Shown one piece after another: positions 1 to 10,120 of a stretch of DNA of 64,000 bases. Position 1 is the first letter of the stretch. Every line of letters begins with the position of its first letter. Source of the DNA: an uncultured Candidatus Poseidoniales archaeon (lineage in GTDB: Archaea; Thermoplasmatota; Poseidoniia; Poseidoniales; Poseidoniaceae). Made by a program: the position numbers and the translations under genes. Under the pieces are notes generated by a model, which worked only from the letters and a program-made list of their open reading frames with translations, did no database searches and was not told the DNA's origin. Location: NCBI GenBank assembly GCA_905182125.1, contig CAJJAV010000003.1:62069-126068 (forward strand), read 5' to 3'.

Positions 1-1
1 T

Positions 2-718
2 GTGCGTGTCAACGGAGGTGTTGTGCGCATCAAACGAGAATTGTGGGAAGTTCTGACCCCGCGTAAAATGATTCGAGCCCTCGATGATCGTCTTCCAAAA
101 GACATCGCTTTCCTCGATGTGACTGAGGTGGATGAATCATGGAACCCACGGTTGGCTGAACATCGCGTCTACCGATACCGTTTGGAAGGAATTGAATTTT
201 GGAACCACCCCGGTGATATTTTTAACGAATGGTTACAGATATTTGTCGGAACATATGATGCTCGCAATTTCGCTCGCCTCGAAGAAGGCAAGAATCCTCT
301 ACGGACAATCCTGTCATGTGAACCATGGGTGGTCGATGGCCGAGTTGTTGGCTTCGAAATCGTTGGCAAAGCCTTCCTTTGGAATCAAGTCCGTCGAACC
401 GCAATGGCCATTCACCGGATGTGCATTGGTGAAGTGAGCCCCGAAGAAGTTCAACGCGCCATCGATGCTCCAGAGATCGAAGTTGACTTCGGCGTGGCAC
501 CAGCAGACTGGTTGATTCTCTGGGGCGTTCATTGGCCGTCGATGCCTCTTGACACAGAGACCGTTGAGATTCAATGTTTTTCTAAACCCCCCGAAGGACC
601 TGCCGTTGAGCGTACAATGCGGAAACGATGGCGTGAGGCTGCTCGCCATGAGCAAAAAAGTATTCTTCACAATGAGTGGGCCCGTTTGGGCGAATTGCCA
701 ATCGTACGGCACCGTTGA
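2..718 (+). CDS. truA: tRNA pseudouridine(38-40) synthase TruA, 5'-truncated by the window edge
   Basis: RxYRY, FVGTYDARNFAR and GKAFLWNQVRR motifs typical of the TruA C-terminal half; the ORF is open from the window start. Confidence 0.85.
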   Translation: MRVNGGVVRIKRELWEVLTPRKMIRALDDRLPKDIAFLDVTEVDESWNPRLAEHRVYRYRLEGIEFWNHPGDIFNEWLQIFVGTYDARNFARLEEGKNPLRTILSCEPWVVDGRVVGFEIVGKAFLWNQVRRTAMAIHRMCIGEVSPEEVQRAIDAPEIEVDFGVAPADWLILWGVHWPSMPLDTETVEIQCFSKPPEGPAVERTMRKRWREAARHEQKSILHNEWARLGELPIVRHR

Positions 719-721
719 TGG

Positions 722-1189
722 TTAGTCCAATTGAATTTGGACGACTGCGCCGTCTTCGAGATTGAACATTTCCCGTAGGCAAGCACCTGCAATGATTTCA
801 ACCACATCGATGTGACGGGTCAAATCTGGGATCAGCACTGCGCATGGTATCGTACCAGAATCTGTCGTGAATTGTGCTTTGTAGGCTGTTGCACCACCAA
901 ACGAGACCCCGTCGCGAAGGAACCCGCGAATCCGGTGAGCCTCAAACGATGACACATCCACATCCATGGCTGAAGAACGATCTTCATCAGATGCATCCAA
1001 TGTATCGATGCCAGATTTTTTGCGCAATGCAATGTATTCAATCAAATCAGTGCCTGACACATTCACATTCAGTGTTCCCGGCCAAGCGGTCTTTCCAAGC
1101 AATGCTCGGAATTGCTCTTGGTAATGCGGTTGTGCCATGAAGACATGGGCGCGACCGAGCCCGCTGCTGACTTCGCCGCCCAACTCCAT
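722..1189 (-). CDS. ribK: CTP-dependent riboflavin kinase (archaeal type, DUF120)
   Basis: GEVSSGLGRA..F, WPGTLNV, IPDLTRH and VEIIA..LRE motifs; start moved to the ATG at 1189 (MELGGEV). Confidence 0.85.
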   Translation of the reverse strand: MELGGEVSSGLGRAHVFMAQPHYQEQFRALLGKTAWPGTLNVNVSGTDLIEYIALRKKSGIDTLDASDEDRSSAMDVDVSSFEAHRIRGFLRDGVSFGGATAYKAQFTTDSGTIPCAVLIPDLTRHIDVVEIIAGACLREMFNLEDGAVVQIQLD

Positions 1190-1308
1190 GGAGCGGCGAC
1201 GAACGCCTCCTTTTTGAGGTGCTTGGTCAAAGACGGTGTTCGGATGGAGAAGGAACCTCCAAAAGGAACATCTACGGGGGCGCCTTCCCGTCAAATGGAG
1301 GCGATGTT

Positions 1309-2490
1309 ATGCCCGGTGATATGTCTTGGATGAAAGCCCGTTACGATGAACTCGCAGATAAATCGCTCCTGTGGGAACCTCCTACCCTTGAGAGTCCAAA
1401 CCAGCCTCGATGCAGAATGGACGGCAAGCCCACCATCATGCTCTCGGCCAATAACTACCTCAATCTTACAACACACCCAAAGGTCAAGCAAGCCATGCTT
1501 GATGCAACGGAAAAGTACGGAGCAGGGAGCGGCAGCGTACGTGCCATCGCAGGCACCATGGACATTCACCTTGAAGCAGAGCGAAAGGTTGCTGAATTCA
1601 AAGGTGTGGAAGCAGCCCTGATTTATTCCGCTGGTTACACGGTCAATGTGGGCTTGATTCCAACCCTCGTCACAGGTCCCCAAGATGTGATCATCAGTGA
1701 TTCTCTGAACCACGGCTCCATCATCGATGGTGTCCGCTTGACCAAGGCCAGCCGTGCAGTCTATGCGCACAATGACATGGGCGAGTTAGAAGCCGTTTTG
1801 AAAGCCCATGAAGGTGCAGGCCGTAAGCTGATCATCACCGATGGTGTGTTTTCGATGGATGGCGACATTGCTCCGCTTGATGAAGTGACTGCCTTGGCCG
1901 AAGAGTATGGAGCCATGGTCTACGTCGACGATTGTCATGGTGAAGGCGTTCTTGGTGAGAAAGGAGCAGGAATTGTGGCTCAGTTCAATCTTCAAGGAAA
2001 GGTCGACTTCGAAACCGGATCGTTTTCCAAAGCACTTGGCGTACAAGGTGGCATCCTCGCTGGAACTGAAATGACCCGAACACATGCATTGAACCATTCA
2101 CGCTCCTGGTTGCTATCAGGTTCTCAACCACCTGGCGTAGCAGCAGCACAAAAAGCAGCGATTGAAGTCCTGATGGATGAGCCGCAACATCATGCCAAAC
2201 TGTGGGAGAACACTGATTATTTCCGTAAAGAATTGCAATCACTCGGATTTGACACCGGGGCTTCCGTCACGCCAATCATCCCGGTGATGTGTGGTGAGTC
2301 GAGCGTAGCAAAATCGATGACCAAGGCCCTCGGAGAGGAAGGCGTCATGGCCGGTGCAATTGTGTTCCCCATGGTTGCACAGGATAAGGCCCGAATCCGT
2401 ACACAAATGTCAGCAGGTTTGTCACGCGATGACCTCGATGAAGTGTTGCGGTTGTTCGAAAAGGTCGGACCAACACTTGGTCTGATCTGA
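1309..2490 (+). CDS. PLP-dependent alpha-oxoamine synthase (glycine C-acetyltransferase Kbl / BioF family)
   Basis: ANNYLNL, LNHGSIIDG, TDGVFSMDGD, VDDCHG and GSFSKALG (PLP Lys) motifs; GGAGG upstream of the ATG at 1309. Confidence 0.85.
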   Translation: MPGDMSWMKARYDELADKSLLWEPPTLESPNQPRCRMDGKPTIMLSANNYLNLTTHPKVKQAMLDATEKYGAGSGSVRAIAGTMDIHLEAERKVAEFKGVEAALIYSAGYTVNVGLIPTLVTGPQDVIISDSLNHGSIIDGVRLTKASRAVYAHNDMGELEAVLKAHEGAGRKLIITDGVFSMDGDIAPLDEVTALAEEYGAMVYVDDCHGEGVLGEKGAGIVAQFNLQGKVDFETGSFSKALGVQGGILAGTEMTRTHALNHSRSWLLSGSQPPGVAAAQKAAIEVLMDEPQHHAKLWENTDYFRKELQSLGFDTGASVTPIIPVMCGESSVAKSMTKALGEEGVMAGAIVFPMVAQDKARIRTQMSAGLSRDDLDEVLRLFEKVGPTLGLI

Positions 2491-2491
2491 A

Positions 2492-3106
2492 TTATTCTTC
2501 AGCGTATTCATCGACAACGGAGAGTAAATCTTCGTCATCACCAGCAAGAATTGCGGCATCTTCGTTTGGCTCAGCGTCCTTTGATTCCATGCCCAAAAAC
2601 GGATCTGACCCGTCTTCAAGCATGCACAACAAACGCCATCGTGGCGCCCAGGAAAGATGAACATAAAGTGGACCTGGGAGCAACAGGAGCAACCAAACAA
2701 GGCTCATCGGTGCTTCGAGCATGTCGGTTCGTGCCAGCGTGAGAAGGGCCAAGCCGACAAACGGCATTGGATAGAGAAGAAGTCGCGGAGGCGCTATTGG
2801 AAACCGCTTGGACCAGCGAATCATCAGCAGAGACATGAATCCAAGAAGGAGGCATGCCACCATCAAAAGCGCTGCATGGAAGATCCAATTGGCCAACCAA
2901 GCGTTGTTGTCCTCGCCTGAAAAACGGTAAGGCATCAACAAAGCCAAAGAAATAAGCAAGCCATAGAAGGCTCCAATGTTGGACGGGTGAGACAGCCACA
3001 GTGGGAGAGCAGTAAAGCGTCGTGAAAGTGAAGTTCCAAGCATGGTTTCTTGCTCAGTCTGACTCAATTGCCCGAGTTGCAGCCCCCACTTTTCCGAGTT
3101 AGTCAC
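2492..3106 (-). CDS. hypothetical membrane protein (about 4 TM)
   Basis: 204-aa ORF with four hydrophobic stretches and an acidic tail; packs against neighbouring genes. Confidence 0.7.
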   Translation of the reverse strand: MTNSEKWGLQLGQLSQTEQETMLGTSLSRRFTALPLWLSHPSNIGAFYGLLISLALLMPYRFSGEDNNAWLANWIFHAALLMVACLLLGFMSLLMIRWSKRFPIAPPRLLLYPMPFVGLALLTLARTDMLEAPMSLVWLLLLLPGPLYVHLSWAPRWRLLCMLEDGSDPFLGMESKDAEPNEDAAILAGDDEDLLSVVDEYAEE

Positions 3107-3166
3107 ACCTTTGCGTCGTGCTCGGTGGTTTTGAAGATGGGGGTCGAATTTAACCCGATGCCTCGA

Positions 3167-3817
3167 TTATTCACCGCGGAATTTGCTCAGCAGGCCATCA
3201 GGTTCGATTTCGATTGCCTTTTCTTCTTCGAACCAAGAACGATCGAGTAAACCTGTATCCATTTCTTCACGTTCACGGGCGGATTCAATGCTGTCCTCTG
3301 CTCCGTTGACCAAATCTCGAAGAGCGATTGCTTGATTCAAGATTACGACTTGCTTCTTGATGCCTTTATGCTGGAAAAGGTGAGGACTAAAATGGCCGAG
3401 GCGGGTGTAATTTTCATCGTCACGAACCAAGCAAGAACCACCGAGCAACTCGTCTTCAGCAAGACGAACTCTTCCAATGCCTAAATCAGTCCACAACCCG
3501 TCTGACATTCGAACCATAACCACGGTGTTTCCAATTGGCTCTTCGTCCATGAATGGGTGATTCATATCCACTGCTAATGGCACATGGAGCATGCTCGATG
3601 ACCTGTACAAGGACCACAGGAGAAAACCTCCCAGGATGAGTGGGAAAAAACCAAGCCAAACCACACCGGTGATGGTTGCAAGAACATAACATAAGCAGAG
3701 AACAACTGTAAGAAGTACGCCAGAAGCAGCCACAAAGCGGAGTATGAAAGGGCGTGCGAGAGGGAGCTGATTGAATCGGCGCATCCCCGATGGTAGACTT
3801 CCGACCTGCCCGACCAT
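3167..3817 (-). CDS. hypothetical membrane protein (2 N-terminal TM plus soluble domain)
   Basis: 216-aa ORF; GAGGTGG upstream of the ATG; two hydrophobic helices. Confidence 0.7.
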   Translation of the reverse strand: MVGQVGSLPSGMRRFNQLPLARPFILRFVAASGVLLTVVLCLCYVLATITGVVWLGFFPLILGGFLLWSLYRSSSMLHVPLAVDMNHPFMDEEPIGNTVVMVRMSDGLWTDLGIGRVRLAEDELLGGSCLVRDDENYTRLGHFSPHLFQHKGIKKQVVILNQAIALRDLVNGAEDSIESAREREEMDTGLLDRSWFEEEKAIEIEPDGLLSKFRGE

Positions 3818-3835
3818 GGTTCCACCTCGATGCGG

Positions 3836-4252
3836 TCAACTTTGAACTTCACGCTCACAGCGTTGCAAGTCATAGGCCGTAGCGTCCATTGACCAAACGC
3901 CTGCATCTGAGCCAAAAAGGTTCATTGCGGCAAGGTGGTCAGCGATGTTAATACCCCACACGCAAGACCAAGATGAGAGTTTGTCATTGACCTTTACGGT
4001 CAGGTTCTTGACACCACGGGTTTTTTGGCGTTCATGGTTGAGCAACAAGGCTGCTGTTTGAATCATACCCTGAACAAACAGAACCTCGGATTGAGGAGCA
4101 CCCCTCCGTTTGTGTGAATTCCACAGATCCTCCCAATCCTCATGAGCGTGCCAGTACCGTCGTGCATCGAAATCCTCGAGCCCTGCAATCCACAGATTCA
4201 ATTCCTCACCGGCAAGGGGTTCAATTTCTTCATGTGTTTCATCGCCGCCCAT
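3836..4252 (-). CDS. DUF309 family protein
   Basis: YWHAHEDWEDLW and QGMIQTAA match the DUF309 pattern HExxExxW...QGLIQxA. Confidence 0.8.
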   Translation of the reverse strand: MGGDETHEEIEPLAGEELNLWIAGLEDFDARRYWHAHEDWEDLWNSHKRRGAPQSEVLFVQGMIQTAALLLNHERQKTRGVKNLTVKVNDKLSSWSCVWGINIADHLAAMNLFGSDAGVWSMDATAYDLQRCEREVQS

Positions 4253-4356
4253 GATGGTCCTATGGCTTCATGCTTGAAACGGCTATGGTCGAGTGAAATC
4301 ATGCGGACCCTTCAAGAACACTTCAGCAGGGTTACACCCCAAAGGGGTGTTGGAAA

Positions 4357-6309
4357 ATGGTCGAATTACCGCAGGGAGACGTCACGGAAATCCGCCGTGG
4401 CGACCGCGATGCCCTCCGGATTTTGTCCACCGACATGGCCAAGTTATCCACCACTGGATACATCAGGACAGAAAGGAAGCCGAAAGAGTCCATGCCACGT
4501 GTCGGGCATATTTTGTTCATTGAAGGGCGCCCAACGTTAGCCATTCACGAAAGCGAGGCCGTTCTGTTTGGACTCGAAGCATTATTGGAAATTGAGAACG
4601 ATGCACTCCCCATTGAAACCCTGCTTGCAATTCATGAATTGCCCATGCCTGATGCACAGCGTGTCTCGACCTTGCACCCAAATGCCTTCTTGCACCTCGA
4701 GACGGTTGAACCATCGACAGAAGAACACGAACGCTGGTGGTCGAATGTTCAACTCCGCCCGGGAAGTTGGAGGAGAGAAGCCCGCCTACCAGAACTCGAA
4801 GTGACGGTCGAAGCACCTGAGGCTGTGCGTCAAAGAAGCCGTGCTTATCTGCAACGCCATGAGGGGATGGAGCGTATGATTCGCCCCGGTGATGCGTTTT
4901 TACTCGATGCTCAAGATCCATCAATGCTGTTCACACTCGCAGGTCATTTAGCCAACCATGGGCGTCCAATCCTCGTCATCTCACGCCATGATGTGGATTC
5001 GCTCAGCGTTGAACATCAGTTGCCAGTCGCTGCATGCCATTGGCTTTCAACTGGAAATCACCCTCGTGCACTTGAACCGACATTGGAAAGCGTGCGAACT
5101 AAGATTGATGCCTTTCTATGGGAAAACATGCGGGCTGTCGTCCTTATCGAGGGCGTGGAATACCTTTCAGGCTTGAACGGTGATGCCCGCACGATTGATT
5201 TCCTACGGGACGTCGTGGATGGGGTCCGAATGGATGACCATGTGCTGTTGACAACTGCAGACATGAACGCCTTCGAACTGGAACCACGTCATCGGTTGAA
5301 CCGATGCCTCTCTCGGCTTCAACCAAGTGAGATTGAACACTGGCTCACCGAGCCAGAACTGATCCTCGACCATCCATTGTGCGCACCACCAACCGAAGAG
5401 GAACGCACATGGATTGAACAGCAACTTCAACGAGCAGTGGAACATTCACCAGCGCCATCAACGGCCACTTCGGAGGGCACCTCAATGACGGGTGGCCATG
5501 AAATGGCAAGTGAAGAAGACCGTTTACAAGCCACCGAAGCCCTCGGAGAACACGTCCGAGCGTGGACGGAAGAAGAACGACAAGAACCAAGTTTGCAAAC
5601 CGTTGCAGCCGAACCCCCTCAAACCGTTCTCGCTGAACAAAACGTGGATCTGACTGAACCAGCCAAACCATTCGAACACACAGTCACCGAGGTAGCCAAA
5701 GTCGTTGAGGAAGGAAGTGAAATGGTACAACAAACCGCTAAGGAACCTGTTTCCGATGCACCTCGCAAGCCTCGAGTGCCCCGTACCGCTCAACGCCTTC
5801 GGAGAAAGAAAAAGCAACCGGGACCACGGGTTGCGAACCAACACCGGATTCAAACCGCTGCTGCAGTTGCACACGCCCCGTTTGCAACACCGGCATTCCC
5901 CGAGCGAAGGCCAGTAAACAAGCCTGCTGCGATTGCTTCATCCCTCGATTCCTTCGCCGCAAGGCAACAGACAGCGATGGAAAAGACATTCCAACCCACG
6001 ACTTCATTGAAGGGTTCACTCAAAGCCGCAGCTCAACAATCCTCTGCTGGAAAGCACCATCATCTTCCTTCACTGGGAAGTGGCCCAAAACCAATTTCTG
6101 CGGTCAACAACAGGCAACCAATCGGCGCCAAAACACCATTGACGCCGTTGTTAGCACGACCCGGAATCGATTCTGATGCAAAGCCAAAACACCTGCCACG
6201 AGAAATAGCATCAAGGGAACAAGCATCCCCTGCAATGGAAGATCAGTTGAGTTCGTGGGAACTTGAAGACCTTGAACGCCTTCGGAAAGAACGGGAGGGG
6301 GAAAAGTGA
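4357..6309 (+). CDS. DUF835 (inactive KaiC/RecA-like) domain protein with a DUF2226-like N-terminus and a long disordered C-terminus
   Basis: LVISR...WLS...VVLIEGVEYLSGLNG is the DUF835 signature; N-terminal TGYIR...GHILFIEGRP resembles DUF2226; Pro/Lys/Ala-rich tail. Confidence 0.7.
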   Translation: MVELPQGDVTEIRRGDRDALRILSTDMAKLSTTGYIRTERKPKESMPRVGHILFIEGRPTLAIHESEAVLFGLEALLEIENDALPIETLLAIHELPMPDAQRVSTLHPNAFLHLETVEPSTEEHERWWSNVQLRPGSWRREARLPELEVTVEAPEAVRQRSRAYLQRHEGMERMIRPGDAFLLDAQDPSMLFTLAGHLANHGRPILVISRHDVDSLSVEHQLPVAACHWLSTGNHPRALEPTLESVRTKIDAFLWENMRAVVLIEGVEYLSGLNGDARTIDFLRDVVDGVRMDDHVLLTTADMNAFELEPRHRLNRCLSRLQPSEIEHWLTEPELILDHPLCAPPTEEERTWIEQQLQRAVEHSPAPSTATSEGTSMTGGHEMASEEDRLQATEALGEHVRAWTEEERQEPSLQTVAAEPPQTVLAEQNVDLTEPAKPFEHTVTEVAKVVEEGSEMVQQTAKEPVSDAPRKPRVPRTAQRLRRKKKQPGPRVANQHRIQTAAAVAHAPFATPAFPERRPVNKPAAIASSLDSFAARQQTAMEKTFQPTTSLKGSLKAAAQQSSAGKHHHLPSLGSGPKPISAVNNRQPIGAKTPLTPLLARPGIDSDAKPKHLPREIASREQASPAMEDQLSSWELEDLERLRKEREGEK

Positions 6310-8369
6310 GTTCACGAAAAGCAAACTTAGACCTCGCTATTGCCCAAGCAAAGCAACGGTTGTCAGATTTAGGGGCCGCAGCAAAACTGCCCGAGGAAGT
6401 CCAAGAAACCAAACAAAAAGGACTGCCGCCCAAATCCCGTTTGAACCGTTTGCTTGGAAAACAATCCGTCCCTGACACGCGAAGGGGGACGCTTTTGCAG
6501 CGTGTCGGCGTCGTTGAGCGCCCAACTTACGACTTGGTAGCCGATGCTGTTCTTGGAAAAGAAAGCAGACTGCACCAACCCTCACTCAATCTTCACACAG
6601 ACGATGGCTCCCTTGCATCGATCGTATCGAGCCGTTTGAAAAGCCTCCGTGAACGTACTGCAGAGAGCATAGAGGAACGTCAAATGCCGCTTGACAAGGA
6701 TGATTTCTTTGTCGGCATGGAAACAGATGGACGACCCGTTTGGGAAAGCGTCCTCGATCATCAGCGGGGCAGAACAATTCATGAGCTGCCCGAATCGCTG
6801 GCTCAACCGGAACCTGGGACGCTGTTCCACCACAGTGTGATGGCCCCTGTTGATGCCCCATGGCCAGTCAAACTTCGCCCGGAATCACGGTTGAGTTTCA
6901 AACAGTGGTTCACCATCGAAGAAAACCTTCAAGCGACCCAAGCCGCCGAAGCAGTGGTTGATTCTCCTGGCATGGCACTCAACCCACTGGTGCTCATTGG
7001 ACCGTCAGAAAGCGGACGTTCCCATTTGATTCATGCCATTTCACAAGGGGTGCTTCGCAGACAGGAAGGCGAAGTCTACCTCCTTGCTGCCAGCGACCTG
7101 CTCCAATTCGAACACCTCCCTCAAGGCTGGCAAGAGGCCATGTCACAGGCACGCATGATAGCGATTGATGATACCCACCTCATGGCAGACCACCCTGTTT
7201 CATCGGCCATGCTTGGGACCATGGTTGACTATGCCCTGAACATGGGTGTCCATGTCGTTCTTACAACAAGCATCGACCCCGAACGCTGGCCTGCCTCAAG
7301 GCTGTGGGAATTGGTTCGCAGCGCTGCAAAGGTCCGCCTCCACAAGCCTGCAGCAACCAGCATGGTCCTCTTCGCTCGACAACTTGCGCTCAAGCGTAGC
7401 CTGATGCTCGATGATGGCCAGTTGGCTAGCGTGGTCTTGCACCATGAAATTGGTTGGCGCGCTACGAAAGCCAACTTGGACATGGTTGCCCTCGCCCTTG
7501 AATCGGGACAGGAATTGCTCGACGGTGATGATGTCACCTCTGTGCTTTCAGGAGAACCCGTGCATTCCAATCAAGTCATGCCGCAAATCGAGCGAGAAAA
7601 CGTCGCCGACATTGCGACAAAGTTGATTTCAGAGGCAGTGGATGTCGTGTACAGCGACACCGCGATTGGCGGCATTGAACTTCACTCTCAATTGCCAGAG
7701 ATTGGCGACGACACCTACGAGCCACCTCACTTCGATACCGAATCAATGGCCAGGAATGCTCAATCACGTCATGAGGCCTACATGAAAACGGCCCTGCATG
7801 ATTTGAACCTGAAAGTTCCCTCGGTGCTGGATTTAGATGAACGCGATGCCCATTTAGTCGCACGTTCTGGACGAATCGAAGAGCGAGATTACAGCACGGC
7901 CGCAGATATTCTCACCGACCTCGATGAAACAATTGACCGAACACTTGGTTCCTTTGAGTCAGAAATCGCCTCTCGATCGATGCACTTGGAACAACTGGAG
8001 CAACGAATGATGGACTTGGCCCAGCAGACCTCCGAAGCAACCATCGAGGAATTGATTCAAATTGCAGATGATCTGCGTCACCTCGAAGAAGAGCTCGTGG
8101 AAATCGACCCTGAGCGAGGTCCTCTTCCTCCGTTCGAAGAAGATGTTATCGAGAGCAAAAAGCGAAGCGTCGGTCGGAGAAAGAATCCACCGAAGAACGA
8201 TCCAATACCCTCGGAACTTGACAGTTTCACGCCAGAGGGTGAATGGGATGTTGATGCTGGAAGCGTCGACATGCTTGACCTCCTAGACAACACGGAAAAG
8301 AGCCAAAGAAAAATCACCCTTTCGACCATCTCAGCAGTCCAATCAAAACCCGATGGTGAAGAGGAATGA
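6306..8369 (+). CDS. DnaA/Hda-like AAA+ domain protein with an acidic coiled-coil C-terminus and no DnaA domain IV
   Basis: SFKQW..EENLQATQAAEAVVDSPGMALNPLVLIGPSESGRSHLIHAI...IAIDD...VVLTT follows the DnaA domain III consensus; the GTG start overlaps the upstream TGA. Confidence 0.75.
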   Translation: MSSRKANLDLAIAQAKQRLSDLGAAAKLPEEVQETKQKGLPPKSRLNRLLGKQSVPDTRRGTLLQRVGVVERPTYDLVADAVLGKESRLHQPSLNLHTDDGSLASIVSSRLKSLRERTAESIEERQMPLDKDDFFVGMETDGRPVWESVLDHQRGRTIHELPESLAQPEPGTLFHHSVMAPVDAPWPVKLRPESRLSFKQWFTIEENLQATQAAEAVVDSPGMALNPLVLIGPSESGRSHLIHAISQGVLRRQEGEVYLLAASDLLQFEHLPQGWQEAMSQARMIAIDDTHLMADHPVSSAMLGTMVDYALNMGVHVVLTTSIDPERWPASRLWELVRSAAKVRLHKPAATSMVLFARQLALKRSLMLDDGQLASVVLHHEIGWRATKANLDMVALALESGQELLDGDDVTSVLSGEPVHSNQVMPQIERENVADIATKLISEAVDVVYSDTAIGGIELHSQLPEIGDDTYEPPHFDTESMARNAQSRHEAYMKTALHDLNLKVPSVLDLDERDAHLVARSGRIEERDYSTAADILTDLDETIDRTLGSFESEIASRSMHLEQLEQRMMDLAQQTSEATIEELIQIADDLRHLEEELVEIDPERGPLPPFEEDVIESKKRSVGRRKNPPKNDPIPSELDSFTPEGEWDVDAGSVDMLDLLDNTEKSQRKITLSTISAVQSKPDGEEE

Positions 8370-8836
8370 AAGGCGGATGGTGGATGGGCGGTGTCCCGTT
8401 TAGTTGCCAGCCAAACTGTGGAAGGTGTTGTGACGAGCCGGGTGGTATTGTTTACCTTTCAACCACGGATGCTGAACGCATCTCTGCTCACCACGAGTTG
8501 GAAGTTGATGTATGGCTTGAACGCGATTGCCGTCAAACGCTGGATGGACGGTATGTCCTCAAAAGTCGAGAAAGCGATGAGGTCTGTATTTTCCTTGATG
8601 GCGAAAAGCGATGTTCAATTTATGAAGTGAGACCCCAGCAATGTGCTGCTTTCCCTTGGTGGTCTGAGAATTTGGCAACCGAACGAGCTTGGAAGGAAGT
8701 CAAGGAGACATGCCCCGGGGTTACGGCCGAGGATGCAATTGTGGTCGAAGGTGAAACCATCAGAATACATGTCTTCGCTGATCGTGAATCTTCGAAGGGT
8801 TTCCGTACATGGCCGCCAGAGAATCGCCGAAAATGA
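8366..8836 (+). CDS. YkgJ/UPF0153 cysteine-cluster (Zn/Fe-S) protein
   Basis: CQPNCGRCC, CIFL, CSIYEVRPQQCAAFPWW and CPG motifs; ATGA overlap with the upstream gene. Confidence 0.85.
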   Translation: MKGGWWMGGVPFSCQPNCGRCCDEPGGIVYLSTTDAERISAHHELEVDVWLERDCRQTLDGRYVLKSRESDEVCIFLDGEKRCSIYEVRPQQCAAFPWWSENLATERAWKEVKETCPGVTAEDAIVVEGETIRIHVFADRESSKGFRTWPPENRRK

Positions 8837-8950
8837 ACATTTCGAAAGGAAGCCTAGGTATCCTGCACTACACCTATTCGGGGCACCGCGTAAGGTGAAG
8901 CAACCGCCTTTATACGAGGGGCCTTGGTGGATGAACATAATGGGGTTGAA

Positions 8951-10117
8951 ATGAGCGATAAAGAAGTCTTGCTAAAGGTGACATCAGACCACCTTAACAC
9001 CGGTTTGCGAGGAGTCCCCGTGGGCACCTGTCGAACCTCATTTGTAACTCCGACAGAAGGCGTTCATTATTGCGGTTATCCAATCACTGAATTGGCCTCT
9101 TTTGCCCCCGAGGACATCATTTATCTTTTGTTCAATAAAGAACTACCAAACGCCCAGCAATCCGAAGAAATCCGTGCTGAACTATCGTCTCGGGCAACAA
9201 TCCCTGGCGACATCGAAACGGTCCTCAAGACCCTCCCCCCGAACGGCCACCCAATGGATTGGCTCAGCGTAGGCATCCACACGCTGGGTATGCTGGAAAC
9301 AACGAATGATTGGCGAGCAGATGCCATGAACCTCATTGCTCGCATGCCTCGACTAATGGGTCTCATCTTCCGAATCCGAGATGGACGCGACCAGAATATT
9401 CCTGCAGATGATCCATCTGCAACGCTTGTCGATCGATTTGTCAATGCCCTCGATCTCAAGGACGTGGACAAGGCCAAAATGACCCGTGTGATTTCCACCT
9501 ACCTTGTGCTTCACATGGACCACGGCGGCGGAAATCTTTCCACCTTCACAGGAAAGGCGATTGCATCAGGCCAAGCAACGGTCTATTCAGCCATGGCTGG
9601 TGCTATGAATGCCCTCTCTGGCCCTCTGCACGGCCGAGCAAACCAATCTTGCCTCGAATTCGTTCTCCGAGTTGGAACCAGTGACCCTCAGGAAGTTGAG
9701 GACTTTGTTCGAGCAGAATTGGATGCAAAGCGACCTGTCTTCGGCTTTGGACATGCAGTCCTACGAACCGAAGACCCTCGTGCAACTGTACAATTTGCAT
9801 TGGGACAGGAGATCTGCCCAGATGATGAAAATTTCAAGATCATCCGCACCCTCCGTGAAGTGGCTCCTCGTGTCCTTGCAGAAAATCCTAAGATCAGCAA
9901 TCCAAATGCCAACGTCGATATCGCAAGTGGAGCGCTGTTGCACCATATTGGTTTGACAGACCCAACCTACTACACCACTTTCTTTGGTTGGGCACGAGTC
10001 GCCGGAATCGGTGCTCAAATCGTTGATGAGCGAAGCGTGATGCGAGACGGTAAAGGCACACCAATCTACCGTCCAAAGTACATTGCTGAACAACAATCCT
10101 TACGTCACGTTGAGTGA
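8951..10117 (+). CDS. gltA: citrate synthase
   Basis: GLRGV, HMDHGGGNLST, LSGPLHGRAN, GFGHAV.R..DPR and NVD motifs; TTTATA element at about 8908. Confidence 0.9.
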   Translation: MSDKEVLLKVTSDHLNTGLRGVPVGTCRTSFVTPTEGVHYCGYPITELASFAPEDIIYLLFNKELPNAQQSEEIRAELSSRATIPGDIETVLKTLPPNGHPMDWLSVGIHTLGMLETTNDWRADAMNLIARMPRLMGLIFRIRDGRDQNIPADDPSATLVDRFVNALDLKDVDKAKMTRVISTYLVLHMDHGGGNLSTFTGKAIASGQATVYSAMAGAMNALSGPLHGRANQSCLEFVLRVGTSDPQEVEDFVRAELDAKRPVFGFGHAVLRTEDPRATVQFALGQEICPDDENFKIIRTLREVAPRVLAENPKISNPNANVDIASGALLHHIGLTDPTYYTTFFGWARVAGIGAQIVDERSVMRDGKGTPIYRPKYIAEQQSLRHVE

Positions 10118-10120
10118 TGT

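Noticed and set aside
4444-4452. TTATCCACC, an 8/9 match to a DnaA box near the DnaA-like gene
   Set aside because: It is a single imperfect copy inside a coding region, with no box cluster or AT-rich unwinding element, and the protein lacks domain IV; there is no support for a bacterial-type origin.
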